Positions 38,465 through 48,150 of a stretch of 64,000 nt of DNA are shown piece after piece. Origin of the DNA: a virus. Position numbers and translations under genes: made by a program. Under the pieces are notes generated by a model. That model was not told the origin of the DNA. It searched no databases and worked only from the letters and a program-made list of their open reading frames with translations. The stretch is taken from positions 1 through 64,000 of IMG/VR virus record IMGVR_UViG_3300033143_003083. One strand, given 5' to 3'. Every line of letters starts with the position of its first letter. The first letter of the stretch is position 1.

Positions 38465-38710
38465 TTATAATAATAATTTGAATCTTACATAATCTGTGTG
38501 TTCACTGATAGTTCGATGTGCATACATTCTCAATACATGTTTTGACAATTTACCACTGGTTGAACCATAATGTTCCAACGTATTTATATAGTAACGAGTT
38601 TTCATTTCATCTTCGAAGAACTTAACACATCTGTATTGTTCATCCCTAACGACATCAATGAACTCTGGATAGTCTCTATCTATAAAACGTTTTAATTTTT
38701 CTACTCTCAT
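38465..38710 (-). CDS. YPEL/WWML-related protein
   Basis: DYPEF...RFKLLL. Confidence 0.55.
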   Translation of the reverse strand: MRVEKLKRFIDRDYPEFIDVVRDEQYRCVKFFEDEMKTRYYINTLEHYGSTSGKLSKHVLRMYAHRTISEHTDYVRFKLLL

Positions 38711-38979
38711 AATAACCAAAACTCCAACATGATTCCACCATTCTTTTGTATGTGCTTAAGTAACTCATTTAAAAATCCAAAATATGTATCATCATTCATA
38801 GATATTATATATTGGTTTGTGATTGGCGTATCAGAACGAAACCCGACTACTGTTGATAAATCAACAAGACTAACATTATGTTCCATATACATGTTATGGC
38901 TACCACATCGTTCGGTTAATGATGGGTACTCCCTGTACAACCTATCATTAAACTCCATCTTGGATTCAATTCGTTCCAT
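38707..38979 (-). CDS. YPEL/WWML-related protein
   Basis: EYPSL...HIQKN...EFWLL. Confidence 0.6.
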   Translation of the reverse strand: MERIESKMEFNDRLYREYPSLTERCGSHNMYMEHNVSLVDLSTVVGFRSDTPITNQYIISMNDDTYFGFLNELLKHIQKNGGIMLEFWLL

Positions 38980-39251
38980 TATAATAACCAAAAATCTATC
39001 ATATCTTCGTGTTCTTCTATATATGCGATCACACTCTTAAACCACTCAGAGGTTTCTTCGTCTGTGCGGGATAATATTTCTGTTGCAGTGACAGGAGGGA
39101 AATTGATAAATTTTAAGAACGAATATGTATACAATGCTCTGTATGTTACCCCCTTGTATACTTCACTGTTAGTAAAAATTTGAGCATCATATAAACGTTT
39201 CCACCTGCGCTCTATGGTTCTATTAAATTCAAATCCATCCATTTTGCCCAT
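38979..39251 (-). CDS. YPEL/WWML-related protein
   Basis: W.RLY...YIEEHEDMIDFWLL. Confidence 0.6.
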   Translation of the reverse strand: MGKMDGFEFNRTIERRWKRLYDAQIFTNSEVYKGVTYRALYTYSFLKFINFPPVTATEILSRTDEETSEWFKSVIAYIEEHEDMIDFWLL

Positions 39252-40084
39252 CAGAAGTTAGTCAATAATACTTCCGTAACAGGGTAACGATTCTTTTTAG
39301 TTTGCCCGACACTATACCTGTGTTCTTTTGTGTGCATGTTTAAATCACCCCACAGTGTGTTAACATACTCATTAGTTTCACCATTCGCTTTATACCATGT
39401 CGATAACACCACACGTGCTTTTGTGTACTTTACAAATTCGTGGAGTTCACGTTCATCAGCGTCTGTCCAACTACCATAATAACCAGACTCACGATCAATG
39501 TATGGCGGATCAAGATATATTAGGTCTGATCCATTAACATTTTCAAACGCTTCTCTATAGTCCCCAGAACGGAATCCCCACATTTTGGTGATCTCTTTTG
39601 CGTCAACTATTTTCTTAACAAGTTGTTCACGATAAGATTCAGTTAATTTATTATCATTCTTACCATAGGGTACATTGAACTTGCCTTTCTTATTGAAACG
39701 CATCACACCATTGAAGCATGTATGATTAAGAAACAGTAATGTGTTTGGGTGGAAATTATCATTGAAATGATCTCTCATTTTATAATAGTATGCTTCACCA
39801 TATCTTTGAAGTTGTTCGTCATGACTTTTTAGTGTTGCAACAATACCTTCAACGAAATAAGAATTTTCATTCATCATTTCAAACATACGAATAACATGAG
39901 GGTTGATATCATTTACAACTGCCCACTTAGGTACAAGGTTAAGTGCAACAACACCACTACCCAAGAATGGTTCAATCCATTGTTGTACCGCAGGGTCAAA
40001 TTGTGCAACTTCCTTTATCCAAGGAATAAGTTTCAGTTTACTACCCTGATACTTTAGTGGTGATCTGATTACTTTGTCTTCCAT
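39251..40084 (-). CDS. dam: DNA adenine methyltransferase (Dam/D12 class)
   Basis: Y.GSK, EPFLGSG, NDIN, FNG..RFN..G.FNVPYG, DPPY. Confidence 0.92.
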   Translation of the reverse strand: MEDKVIRSPLKYQGSKLKLIPWIKEVAQFDPAVQQWIEPFLGSGVVALNLVPKWAVVNDINPHVIRMFEMMNENSYFVEGIVATLKSHDEQLQRYGEAYYYKMRDHFNDNFHPNTLLFLNHTCFNGVMRFNKKGKFNVPYGKNDNKLTESYREQLVKKIVDAKEITKMWGFRSGDYREAFENVNGSDLIYLDPPYIDRESGYYGSWTDADERELHEFVKYTKARVVLSTWYKANGETNEYVNTLWGDLNMHTKEHRYSVGQTKKNRYPVTEVLLTNF

Positions 40085-40998
40085 AAGTTTAACTTAACCT
40101 CTGCTTTTAACATGTTATCTTGTATGCCGTCATGAATCATCTTCATTGTAACAAATTTCCCATACGTTTGTATAGCGGCATTCGCATCTTTAACTTTCCA
40201 TTCTGGTATAGATATTCTCCATCCATACCGCTTGGCAATTTTTATAAAATCAGAATCCTTTCTGTCTGGTAGTAGTATTGGGTCATGACCTTTTAACAGG
40301 TATGCTTGCTTCTTGCTGACACTGTTACCAAGTATGGCAATGGCATCCGGTATGCTTGCCGCATCCATTATACCTTCAACAACAATAGGGTTCTTCTTGA
40401 TGTACCCATTGTGGTTATTTATGAACATAAGATCTGTGTTGTCACCACTAGTAAGATAAAATGTCTTGCCATCAAATACACTGACCCCCTGCCACCCGAT
40501 TAACTTACCATGATAGTAGAATGGAATTATCAATTTATTTTTCCATGTATCTTCTTTGCCCACATACAAATCTTGAGTGAAGGTTACATGACGGCTTTTC
40601 AGAAAATCGTCAAACCAATAATGATAATCAGGGTGATACTGAACAAAGTCGCTGGGTATTTCGATAGTGCTATACGAATGTTTTTCATAAATGTCCTCGT
40701 TTAGTTTATCAAATATTTTTGGTTTCTTATTGTATACCTTTAATTCTATTGGGACATCAACACCCAGTACATCCATAAGATGTCTGAAACGTTTAGGCAT
40801 GTATGCATCATACTTGTATTCAGTGGATGCATCACACTTACCCCTGAAACAATTGTATGCAATACGATCAGGGAAGAACGCGAATCCACCACGTACTTTT
40901 GTGTCGTTACACACAGGGCATTTCATGGTGTGAAATCCACTGGCAGTAACCTCGTGAAAGGTCACTGAAGATTTTATGATATCTTCTATTTCTGACAT
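40069..40998 (-). CDS. DNA primase, T4 gp61-like
   Basis: CPVC..CF Zn finger, IIPF, VEGIMDA (TOPRIM), PD, KDAN. Confidence 0.88.
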   Translation of the reverse strand: MSEIEDIIKSSVTFHEVTASGFHTMKCPVCNDTKVRGGFAFFPDRIAYNCFRGKCDASTEYKYDAYMPKRFRHLMDVLGVDVPIELKVYNKKPKIFDKLNEDIYEKHSYSTIEIPSDFVQYHPDYHYWFDDFLKSRHVTFTQDLYVGKEDTWKNKLIIPFYYHGKLIGWQGVSVFDGKTFYLTSGDNTDLMFINNHNGYIKKNPIVVEGIMDAASIPDAIAILGNSVSKKQAYLLKGHDPILLPDRKDSDFIKIAKRYGWRISIPEWKVKDANAAIQTYGKFVTMKMIHDGIQDNMLKAEVKLNLWKTK

Positions 40999-41005
40999 GT
41001 TAATT

Positions 41006-41311
41006 CTAAAGTTGTAGAAATTTTATATAGTTTGTTATTTTGTCTGCGGTCTTTAAGTCTCGCATCTGGTTTATAAAATTATCAGTATCGACAATTATCT
41101 CTAATACTCGGTCATCAATTTGTATGACATAATCATCATCGGTTATCCAGACAAAATCTCTGTCTGGGGACATAGCATATTCATCAAGGAAGTATAAACG
41201 ATTCCTATACGTTTTACGATCTATTTTTATCAATTTATTGGTGGAAGTATACGTCAACCTGAAACGCTGTTGTGTTGATATATCATATACATTCTCTTTG
41301 ATAATTTTCAT
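41006..41311 (-). CDS. Hypothetical protein (ends FLQL)
   Basis: Similar C-terminal part to 41308 (IQID...RDL...I). Confidence 0.6.
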   Translation of the reverse strand: MKIIKENVYDISTQQRFRLTYTSTNKLIKIDRKTYRNRLYFLDEYAMSPDRDFVWITDDDYVIQIDDRVLEIIVDTDNFINQMRDLKTADKITNYIKFLQL

Positions 41312-41628
41312 AAGTATGCAAACGCTTTGATTAACTCTATATCGTCCAGATCCCTTATCATATGATAGCTGTCACATAGGAATTTGCACAGAGGGTAATC
41401 ACTACCATCAATCTGTATTATCTTATTTGGTTTGATGATAATATAGAATGAGTGTATTCCATCTTTCCAGCATATCAATAACCTGCCATATAAATCAGTG
41501 AAGATACCACTATAGACAGTAGTTCCATTGAATGTCAAGACGAAGTGATTGGATGGGTCAGCAACGTAGTTGCATGAATCCCCTAAACTTTCTATATTTT
41601 CCACAATGGAAAAACTGGAAGTAATCAT
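41308..41628 (-). CDS. Hypothetical protein (ends FAYL); start uncertain
   Basis: IQIDG...RDLDDIELIKAFAYL. Confidence 0.55.
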   Translation of the reverse strand: MITSSFSIVENIESLGDSCNYVADPSNHFVLTFNGTTVYSGIFTDLYGRLLICWKDGIHSFYIIIKPNKIIQIDGSDYPLCKFLCDSYHMIRDLDDIELIKAFAYL

Positions 41629-41644
41629 CAATAAATAACCGTAT

Positions 41645-41971
41645 ATGTCATACAATTATTTATTAAACACAATAACACTAAAGGATGGACGAAAGTTACT
41701 GGGGATTGTAGATTTTGTTACAACAAAGCAATTATACTTCTTTGACTTCACCAATGAACACACAATAGACTATGTTACGCTGTCTATCTTATGGAAGGGG
41801 AATCATGCTGAAATGCGGTTCTCGGTATTTTGTACTGTGGAGTATCCCGATATCAGACTGCCGAAGGTGATACTGATACCACAGACTAATGTGGAAGATA
41901 TTACAGGGAAGTTACCAAATCATAAGAAACCGAAGCAAAAGAAGCGACTGATAAAAATTATAGATTTATAA
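41645..41971 (+). CDS. Late hypothetical protein
   Basis: TAAATA at 41632-41637, 7 nt before ATG. Confidence 0.6.
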   Translation: MSYNYLLNTITLKDGRKLLGIVDFVTTKQLYFFDFTNEHTIDYVTLSILWKGNHAEMRFSVFCTVEYPDIRLPKVILIPQTNVEDITGKLPNHKKPKQKKRLIKIIDL

Positions 41972-42169
41972 TTCACTAAACTCTAAATACTGTTTGCCTA
42001 ACTCAGTTACTCTGAAATATCCCTTGACATCTTTTGCTATAAAAGAAACTCGTTCACCAGATATATAACCAAGGGTTATCATCTTTTTGATTTTTCCATC
42101 AGGATCAAAATAGCTTGTATAAGTGTAGTCACTTAACAAAAGTCTGTTAAGGGCATCAGCATAATCCAT
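41966..42169 (-). CDS. Winged-helix-like small protein
   Basis: LGYI...VTELG...FSEL. Confidence 0.65.
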   Translation of the reverse strand: MDYADALNRLLLSDYTYTSYFDPDGKIKKMITLGYISGERVSFIAKDVKGYFRVTELGKQYLEFSEL

Positions 42170-42170
42170 T

Positions 42171-42377
42171 TTACAACATTGCCATCTTAACTTTTGCGTG
42201 TAGTTCTTCTACACACTCGTCACATATTGATACTTTGAGTCCACCACCCCTTTCATTTTGGAGTGTTGATACCATTTTATATGGATAGTTTAAATCTGTA
42301 CCAGTAGGGGTCATTTGACTCTTATCGCAGAAGTTACATGACCCTAATACACGTCTTAACCCTCGTTCTACTTTCAT
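42171..42377 (-). CDS. C4 zinc-finger protein resembling the ClpX N-terminal Zn domain
   Basis: SCNFCDK...VSICDECVEEL. Confidence 0.5.
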   Translation of the reverse strand: MKVERGLRRVLGSCNFCDKSQMTPTGTDLNYPYKMVSTLQNERGGGLKVSICDECVEELHAKVKMAML

Positions 42378-42378
42378 A

Positions 42379-42978
42379 TCAGTACACCAATAATCCCATT
42401 ACGTCACGCTTGTTCATCAGGCACACTATCTGATGGGCGTAAGCAATTGCATGTGCTTTTTTAAACATGTACCCACCTTTACCCTTACGGTAGAGGTTAG
42501 GTCTTACCCTGACCCTGTTGGTAATGTAGTTCTCAATAAGATGTTTCTTATCAGGACGTATCAATGCTAACACATCAGCAAGTTCCTGTATACTTTGTGG
42601 TTTTATTAATTCAACCAAGTCGAAGTGCTTCCCTACTTGTGGTAACTTCATGACGAAAGATTCATCCCTTAGTAATTTCCAATCAGGATTCTTCAGAGCA
42701 TCCAGAACCTCTTGTTTGGTCTTGAATGAGTCGTATGCAGTTGCAGTCAGTAAATCTATCTTACTGAATCCCAGTTCCTCTGAGTTCTTGTACTCGATTG
42801 CTGCCATACCTGTCTCATTATCAACTGGTATGTTTGTGTCAACATAGTAACCGGATGGGTGTGGTTTTATTCTGTGCTTGTCATCATCATAGATTATTGC
42901 TCTGACACCATATACACTTTTGTCTGTACGAGACTGTACATCAATATCAATGTCACCAATAGATTTGTTATTGGACAC
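42379..42978 (-). CDS. Miniature DNA polymerase III alpha (DnaE)-like protein
   Basis: DIDID, HPSG, KIDLL, LALIRP, FKKAHA.AYA. Confidence 0.8.
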   Translation of the reverse strand: MSNNKSIGDIDIDVQSRTDKSVYGVRAIIYDDDKHRIKPHPSGYYVDTNIPVDNETGMAAIEYKNSEELGFSKIDLLTATAYDSFKTKQEVLDALKNPDWKLLRDESFVMKLPQVGKHFDLVELIKPQSIQELADVLALIRPDKKHLIENYITNRVRVRPNLYRKGKGGYMFKKAHAIAYAHQIVCLMNKRDVMGLLVY

Positions 42979-43714
42979 TTTCTAAGAACCGTTCGAATCT
43001 GTCATATTCTAATGGTGATAACTTCCCGACAAATTCATCAAAACTAATTTCTTCAAAAAGTGATGTGTAGCTGATGTCACCTTTCTCAAGTGAACGTAAT
43101 GCAAACACCGTATCTCTGTGTAACTGTCTCAGATGCTTACTTAAGAATATTGCACTCTTATGTTCGTCTACGTACTTGCCAACGTTTCTTCTGTAACGGG
43201 CAAACATTAACTCAGTCTTACCATGATTGAGTGCTGAGTTTAATGGTTCAAATCTGAATTCATGAATTATAAATTTGAAGTAATCTGTCATATCACTTAT
43301 GTTATGATCCATGCAAAAATTATAGAATGTGACAATGCCTGAATACTGTGATGATGTTCTGAACTTCTTCATGGTGTACCCACGTGATCCACTTAATGCA
43401 GCAGATAACGTGTACCACTTATAAAATAATTCTTCTGTTGGAGTATTACCAAACACATGGTGATATTTGAAACAGTCTTGTTTATCAAAATGATCATTGA
43501 TGTTTTTTTCTTTCTTGTACTTTTTATCGCACACAGAACACACATAGTATTCTTCATCACGCAGAATACCTTTGCTGTAAATTTCTTCTATTGTATTAAA
43601 GCGTTTTAGTTTCATTCTTCGTGTCTTCTTTCTTGTATTTGTAATGAACCATTTGACCATGCAACACCAAATTGTTAGCCTTTTCATAAAAAAAAGAATC
43701 TTGTAGTGAGTCAA
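42968..43714 (-). CDS. Zn-finger-containing hypothetical protein; start uncertain
   Basis: YVCSVCDKKY...H...C. Confidence 0.55.
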   Translation of the reverse strand: MTHYKILFFMKRLTIWCCMVKWFITNTRKKTRRMKLKRFNTIEEIYSKGILRDEEYYVCSVCDKKYKKEKNINDHFDKQDCFKYHHVFGNTPTEELFYKWYTLSAALSGSRGYTMKKFRTSSQYSGIVTFYNFCMDHNISDMTDYFKFIIHEFRFEPLNSALNHGKTELMFARYRRNVGKYVDEHKSAIFLSKHLRQLHRDTVFALRSLEKGDISYTSLFEEISFDEFVGKLSPLEYDRFERFLESVQ

Positions 43715-43728
43715 TCATTTTAATTAGG

Positions 43729-44196
43729 TTAAATCGTTTTAGTTTCATTCTTCAACTTCTTCATGTCTTCTTTTTCGTAACCGAGTTCTTCACCGATGGT
43801 CAGGATAGCTTCTGCTGTCAGTAATGGAATTATATCAGATGCGTGTCGTTCATCATACTCATAATATTTCATTAAAGTTTTCAATGTAAAATTATTGGTA
43901 CTCGTTTTAGTTTTCTTCTGGTAATAGAATCTGGTGTCTCGACCAAACCCATTCGAATAACATAACAATCTATAAAGTAGTTTTGGGTGATCACCTAATG
44001 AAAACATATAAGGATTGGCAAACTCATTAGTCAGCACCAATCTGTTCTCAAGATTATTGTCTGCACCCTTAACCCACATCTGTAAGACGTAAGGGGATAC
44101 CGACTTAAGTTCTACTTCTGACAGGTTATCTAATGCATCCATCTTATTAGATGCCATGTCACTCAACAGTTTAAATATGTCTACTTTATAATTCAT
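43729..44196 (-). CDS. Clamp loader small subunit, T4 gp62-like
   Basis: SPY...W, N..N, HPKL.Y.LL, KYY...A; replication context. Confidence 0.6.
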   Translation of the reverse strand: MNYKVDIFKLLSDMASNKMDALDNLSEVELKSVSPYVLQMWVKGADNNLENRLVLTNEFANPYMFSLGDHPKLLYRLLCYSNGFGRDTRFYYQKKTKTSTNNFTLKTLMKYYEYDERHASDIIPLLTAEAILTIGEELGYEKEDMKKLKNETKTI

Positions 44197-44440
44197 ATTT
44201 GAACTTGTATGCTTCTTTCACAGTATCAGAAGGATTGATTATCATATGATAAATATCTTTGTCTTTTAGTATTTCCCTGATAATTTCTTCATCGGTGATG
44301 TCACCCATATTCAGTTTGATGGCTAACAATATCCTACGATCTATTTCCAGACGCATTTGGGTAGACAGTTCGTTTTCTAATGTATTCCCAACAGGTTTGA
44401 TAGTAGTCGTGTATGTACCCGCGTTGTTGATGATTGCCAT
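44186..44440 (-). CDS. Small protein with capsid-like helix (ends KYEL)
   Basis: ELSTQMRLEIDRRIL; IINPS. Confidence 0.5.
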   Translation of the reverse strand: MAIINNAGTYTTTIKPVGNTLENELSTQMRLEIDRRILLAIKLNMGDITDEEIIREILKDKDIYHMIINPSDTVKEAYKFKYEL

Positions 44441-44443
44441 AAT

Positions 44444-44659
44444 TTATTCTGCTAATTTAGTAAGTCTTATATCCCCAACGTGTAAAGCGTTAGTGGGGAA
44501 AATTATATCACCGTCAATCGTATTCTTCAACGTGTACTTTGCTGTGGCATTCACTTCATCTGCAATGATGTTCTGAACTTCAGATAAACTAGCTGCTTCT
44601 TCGTAACCGATATATGCAACACTCATGAATGTTATATGCACTTTGATCAAAAATCCCAA
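44444..44659 (-). CDS. Small hypothetical protein
   Basis: ORF filling gap downstream of nrdB. Confidence 0.4.
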   Translation of the reverse strand: MGFLIKVHITFMSVAYIGYEEAASLSEVQNIIADEVNATAKYTLKNTIDGDIIFPTNALHVGDIRLTKLAE

Positions 44660-45651
44660 CCTTCAATTGATTCACTTCTGTCATATGATGTAACAGTTGT
44701 CTCAAAAAAGTTTTCACGCTTAACCTGTTCCAGATGTTTGTATGGGTTTTTTACTACTTCTGGATATAACGGGTCAATACCGATACGACCCAATCTGTCA
44801 TTCGCCAGAAACTTAACATATTGTTCTGATGATTTTTGATTGATGCCAAGGATCTTGTCACCGTATACATGATTAGCCCATTCAATTTCTTGTTGGACTG
44901 CAACATCAAACATATACCGGATCATATCATGATCTTCCTCAGTGAATAACTCTTTGATGATGTTGGTGAAGATACCAATATGAGTCATTTCATCTGTGCG
45001 AATGTAATCAATAATCTTTGATGATTGTACTAACTTATTACGTGATGCCAGTTGATCAAAGAACATAAACCCCTGATAAAAATAGATAGACTCCAATAAT
45101 AGATTCATAATAATGATCTTCTTGAAGTTGTCTAACGTTGGTTCATCTTTAAACTCCTGACCGATATCAGCAACATACTTAATGCGCTTCAGTAACTCAG
45201 GATTTTCACGCCATTTGTTATAGATACTTTCTCTGGTCATCAATGGATAGAGCGCATCTAACATATACTGATAACTTTGTGAGTGTATAACTTCCTGATA
45301 CTGCTGGATGATAATTAAGTTAGCGACATTAGGTGCAGTGATATACTCGTGGATGTTACCAAGATTGTTACACTGAAAACTATCCAAAAAAATAAGGAAC
45401 GATAATGTATTTTTTGTTGCTTCATCTTCTGCATCCGTAAGTTCGTTAATGGTTGTTTTATCATCTGCCATAGATACCTTTTCTGGAATCCAAAAGTTTG
45501 AGGTCATGATACGATAGAGTGAATTACTCCATTTGTATTTGTTCTCATTCAGATTACTGATGCCAGTAGGTGATCCATTAATCAGTTGTTGTTGTTCTGG
45601 TGAGTCATCACCACGTTCGTCAAAAAGTGTTATTGTTTTTAAGTCTGTCAT
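44647..45651 (-). CDS. nrdB: Ribonucleotide reductase class I beta subunit
   Basis: FW.PE, LDS.Q, E..HS.SY, E..YFY.GF, DE..H, NFFE. Confidence 0.95.
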   Translation of the reverse strand: MTDLKTITLFDERGDDSPEQQQLINGSPTGISNLNENKYKWSNSLYRIMTSNFWIPEKVSMADDKTTINELTDAEDEATKNTLSFLIFLDSFQCNNLGNIHEYITAPNVANLIIIQQYQEVIHSQSYQYMLDALYPLMTRESIYNKWRENPELLKRIKYVADIGQEFKDEPTLDNFKKIIIMNLLLESIYFYQGFMFFDQLASRNKLVQSSKIIDYIRTDEMTHIGIFTNIIKELFTEEDHDMIRYMFDVAVQQEIEWANHVYGDKILGINQKSSEQYVKFLANDRLGRIGIDPLYPEVVKNPYKHLEQVKRENFFETTVTSYDRSESIEGWDF

Positions 45652-45663
45652 TATTATTTTCTC

Positions 45664-47856
45664 CTATCCACTACATCCAGCACATACTGCTTCACCACCA
45701 GTAATCACATCAATGTTCTCGCCTTTCTTAATTGACCTGATGTAATACACCGCTTTTGTTTTTTCTTTCCATGCTGTCACAATCAAATCAAACAGATCCT
45801 TTGCTTCAAATCCTTCTTGATTCAAATCAAAAAGATACTCGGCACTGATACCAGTGTCAACAAATTTTTGTAGACCGCCTACCATCTTGGCAAGTATCTT
45901 CTGATCTATTCTTGATTGAGTTCTTTCATATGCCATCGGAAATTCTTTCAGGTACATTCCATACACCGAGAATTTACCTGTCTTGTTATCTTCATTAAAG
46001 AATGCACTGTACACTGGCATGACACCAGCAGCAGCATCCATAAAAATAGAAGTACTTGTGTTGGGTGCAGGTGATGTCAATTGAGAATTACGGATACCAT
46101 TTTTGTTCATATCCTTTTGTAATGCATCCCAGTTAAGATTTGATTTTGAATTCTTCTTGAACATATCAATCATTTCACCAGTGTCCCATTTAGAACCTTC
46201 AAACGCTGGATACTTGCCACGTATTTTTGCAAGTTCAATTGATTTTCTGACTGCACCATACTCAATGAGTTCAGCAACATGAGCAATTGCAGTGGTGTCT
46301 TCCCATTGGATACCATACTTTGCAAGGTAATCATGCAGACCCTGAATACCTACTCCAACCGTTCTATAACGTTCATTATGTGCTTTGCTTTCTTTGATTG
46401 GGGGATTAGTCAATGCAATACCATTATCAAGTATATGAGTTGCTAATTCAGCAAGGGATATCATTTCTTCGTCTGACTCCACACGCCCTGCAACGATGCT
46501 TAAGAGGTTACAGGTGTGAGCATACAAGTCTGCTATCAAGTTACTGAACGACTCTGTACAGAGGTTAGCACACGGTATGCTACCATCATGTGCATTAGGG
46601 TTCGTTGCATTGATATGGTCAATAAAAGTTAAGTATGGAAGACCAGTTTCAAATTGAGTCTTCATACTAATCTTAATTAAATCTCTGGCGTTATACGTCC
46701 CCACATTAGTAAGTGTACCTGCCTTAAATGCATTGACACATGTTTTGTAAGCGGCGTTAAATTCTTTGTTGTACTTACCATGAAGTTCAACATTCAACAC
46801 AGACTTAACTTCGTGTGGGCAGAATGTGTACCATGTCCCACCATCGTCTTTAAGTGCTTCTTTCATGAATAGATCATGCAGACTTATCTGTGGGAAGATA
46901 TCAAATGCTTTCTTGCGGAAGTCACCATTCTCACTTTGTATTTCAAGGAAGTCTTCAATGTCTCTGTGCCAGATAGGAAGATGTACTGTGAATGCCCCTG
47001 CACGTTTCCCACCTTGATCAACTGCAACTGCAATATCATTAAACACTTTAGTCCATGATGGTGTGCCTTTAGATGCATTTCGTACACCATTAACTGCTGC
47101 ACCTTTGGCGCGAATCTTTGACATATCAATACCAAGACCCCCACCAAACTTAGAAATCATTGCAGCATTTTTCCAGTTATCTGCAATAGATTCCATAGAG
47201 TCGTTGACACCGATAATGAAACAACTAGAAATGTTTTTATTCGCACGAAGGTTTGATAACCAAGGCGTAGCAAGTGATAACTTGCGTAATGACAAAGCAT
47301 CATATATTGATTTAGCGAACTCAAGTCGTTCTCCTTTGGGATCAACAGATGCAATAATCATGGCGTTAACCATGTGCATTTGTTGTATACACTCACCATC
47401 AGAAAGATATTTTTTGGTTGCGGTAAGTACTGAACCATATGAGTGATCCAGATCACGGTTCTGAACAATATGTTCACCCAGATCGATTAGTTCACGCTTA
47501 GTCCATTTCTTAATGGCAGTATGTTTATACGTGCCTTTGCTTAATTGTTCTTGTATGTAGTACTGGAAAGTTTTTTCAAAGATTTGAGTGTTCTTCCATC
47601 GAAGCATAGTCTCAAGTCTTCCTGCAACGATAGACCATTCAGGTTCTTCTGGGACACATAATATTCTGGCATGGTATATCAGATTCTTTTGAATGTCATT
47701 CGTTGAGATATCTTCTTTTATGAATTCATCGAACTTTGATTCGAGTACTAATGGGTTTACGTCTAACCCTTCTGTGCCCCAACCAATCACATTCTTAATT
47801 TTTTCTACATCGAAATTTTCTTTTCTGCCGTCACGTTTCTCTACAAAACCTGTCAT
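45664..47856 (-). CDS. nrdA: Ribonucleotide reductase class I alpha subunit with ATP cone
   Basis: VEKRDGR, SSCF, GG.R.GA, NLCTE, APNTS, YY.RS, C-terminal CAGC. Confidence 0.97.
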   Translation of the reverse strand: MTGFVEKRDGRKENFDVEKIKNVIGWGTEGLDVNPLVLESKFDEFIKEDISTNDIQKNLIYHARILCVPEEPEWSIVAGRLETMLRWKNTQIFEKTFQYYIQEQLSKGTYKHTAIKKWTKRELIDLGEHIVQNRDLDHSYGSVLTATKKYLSDGECIQQMHMVNAMIIASVDPKGERLEFAKSIYDALSLRKLSLATPWLSNLRANKNISSCFIIGVNDSMESIADNWKNAAMISKFGGGLGIDMSKIRAKGAAVNGVRNASKGTPSWTKVFNDIAVAVDQGGKRAGAFTVHLPIWHRDIEDFLEIQSENGDFRKKAFDIFPQISLHDLFMKEALKDDGGTWYTFCPHEVKSVLNVELHGKYNKEFNAAYKTCVNAFKAGTLTNVGTYNARDLIKISMKTQFETGLPYLTFIDHINATNPNAHDGSIPCANLCTESFSNLIADLYAHTCNLLSIVAGRVESDEEMISLAELATHILDNGIALTNPPIKESKAHNERYRTVGVGIQGLHDYLAKYGIQWEDTTAIAHVAELIEYGAVRKSIELAKIRGKYPAFEGSKWDTGEMIDMFKKNSKSNLNWDALQKDMNKNGIRNSQLTSPAPNTSTSIFMDAAAGVMPVYSAFFNEDNKTGKFSVYGMYLKEFPMAYERTQSRIDQKILAKMVGGLQKFVDTGISAEYLFDLNQEGFEAKDLFDLIVTAWKEKTKAVYYIRSIKKGENIDVITGGEAVCAGCSG

Positions 47857-47901
47857 TGTCGTTCCTTATTATTATTATTATTTTTGTACTGGTCAACATA
47901 T

Positions 47902-48150
47902 TTATAACTTGTCGAATTCCAGCATTTGTTCACCAAGTTCTGTCAAGGTAAAATCTATCCTTGTTCCATCCACTCTTTCTGTTATATCTGTTATTTTTAT
48001 CCAACCACTAGTATCAAACATTTGCATCCATATTGCAATATATGATCCGAGATATAATGAATATGGGTTCCCTTCTGGTTTTATTTTATGCAGATCGCAT
48101 ATTCTGGCGAATGTTTTTACTTCGCTGAAGCTGACATTTTTTTGTCTCAT
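47902..48150 (-). CDS. Winged-helix-like small protein
   Basis: SGWI...LTELG...FDKL. Confidence 0.65.
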   Translation of the reverse strand: MRQKNVSFSEVKTFARICDLHKIKPEGNPYSLYLGSYIAIWMQMFDTSGWIKITDITERVDGTRIDFTLTELGEQMLEFDKL

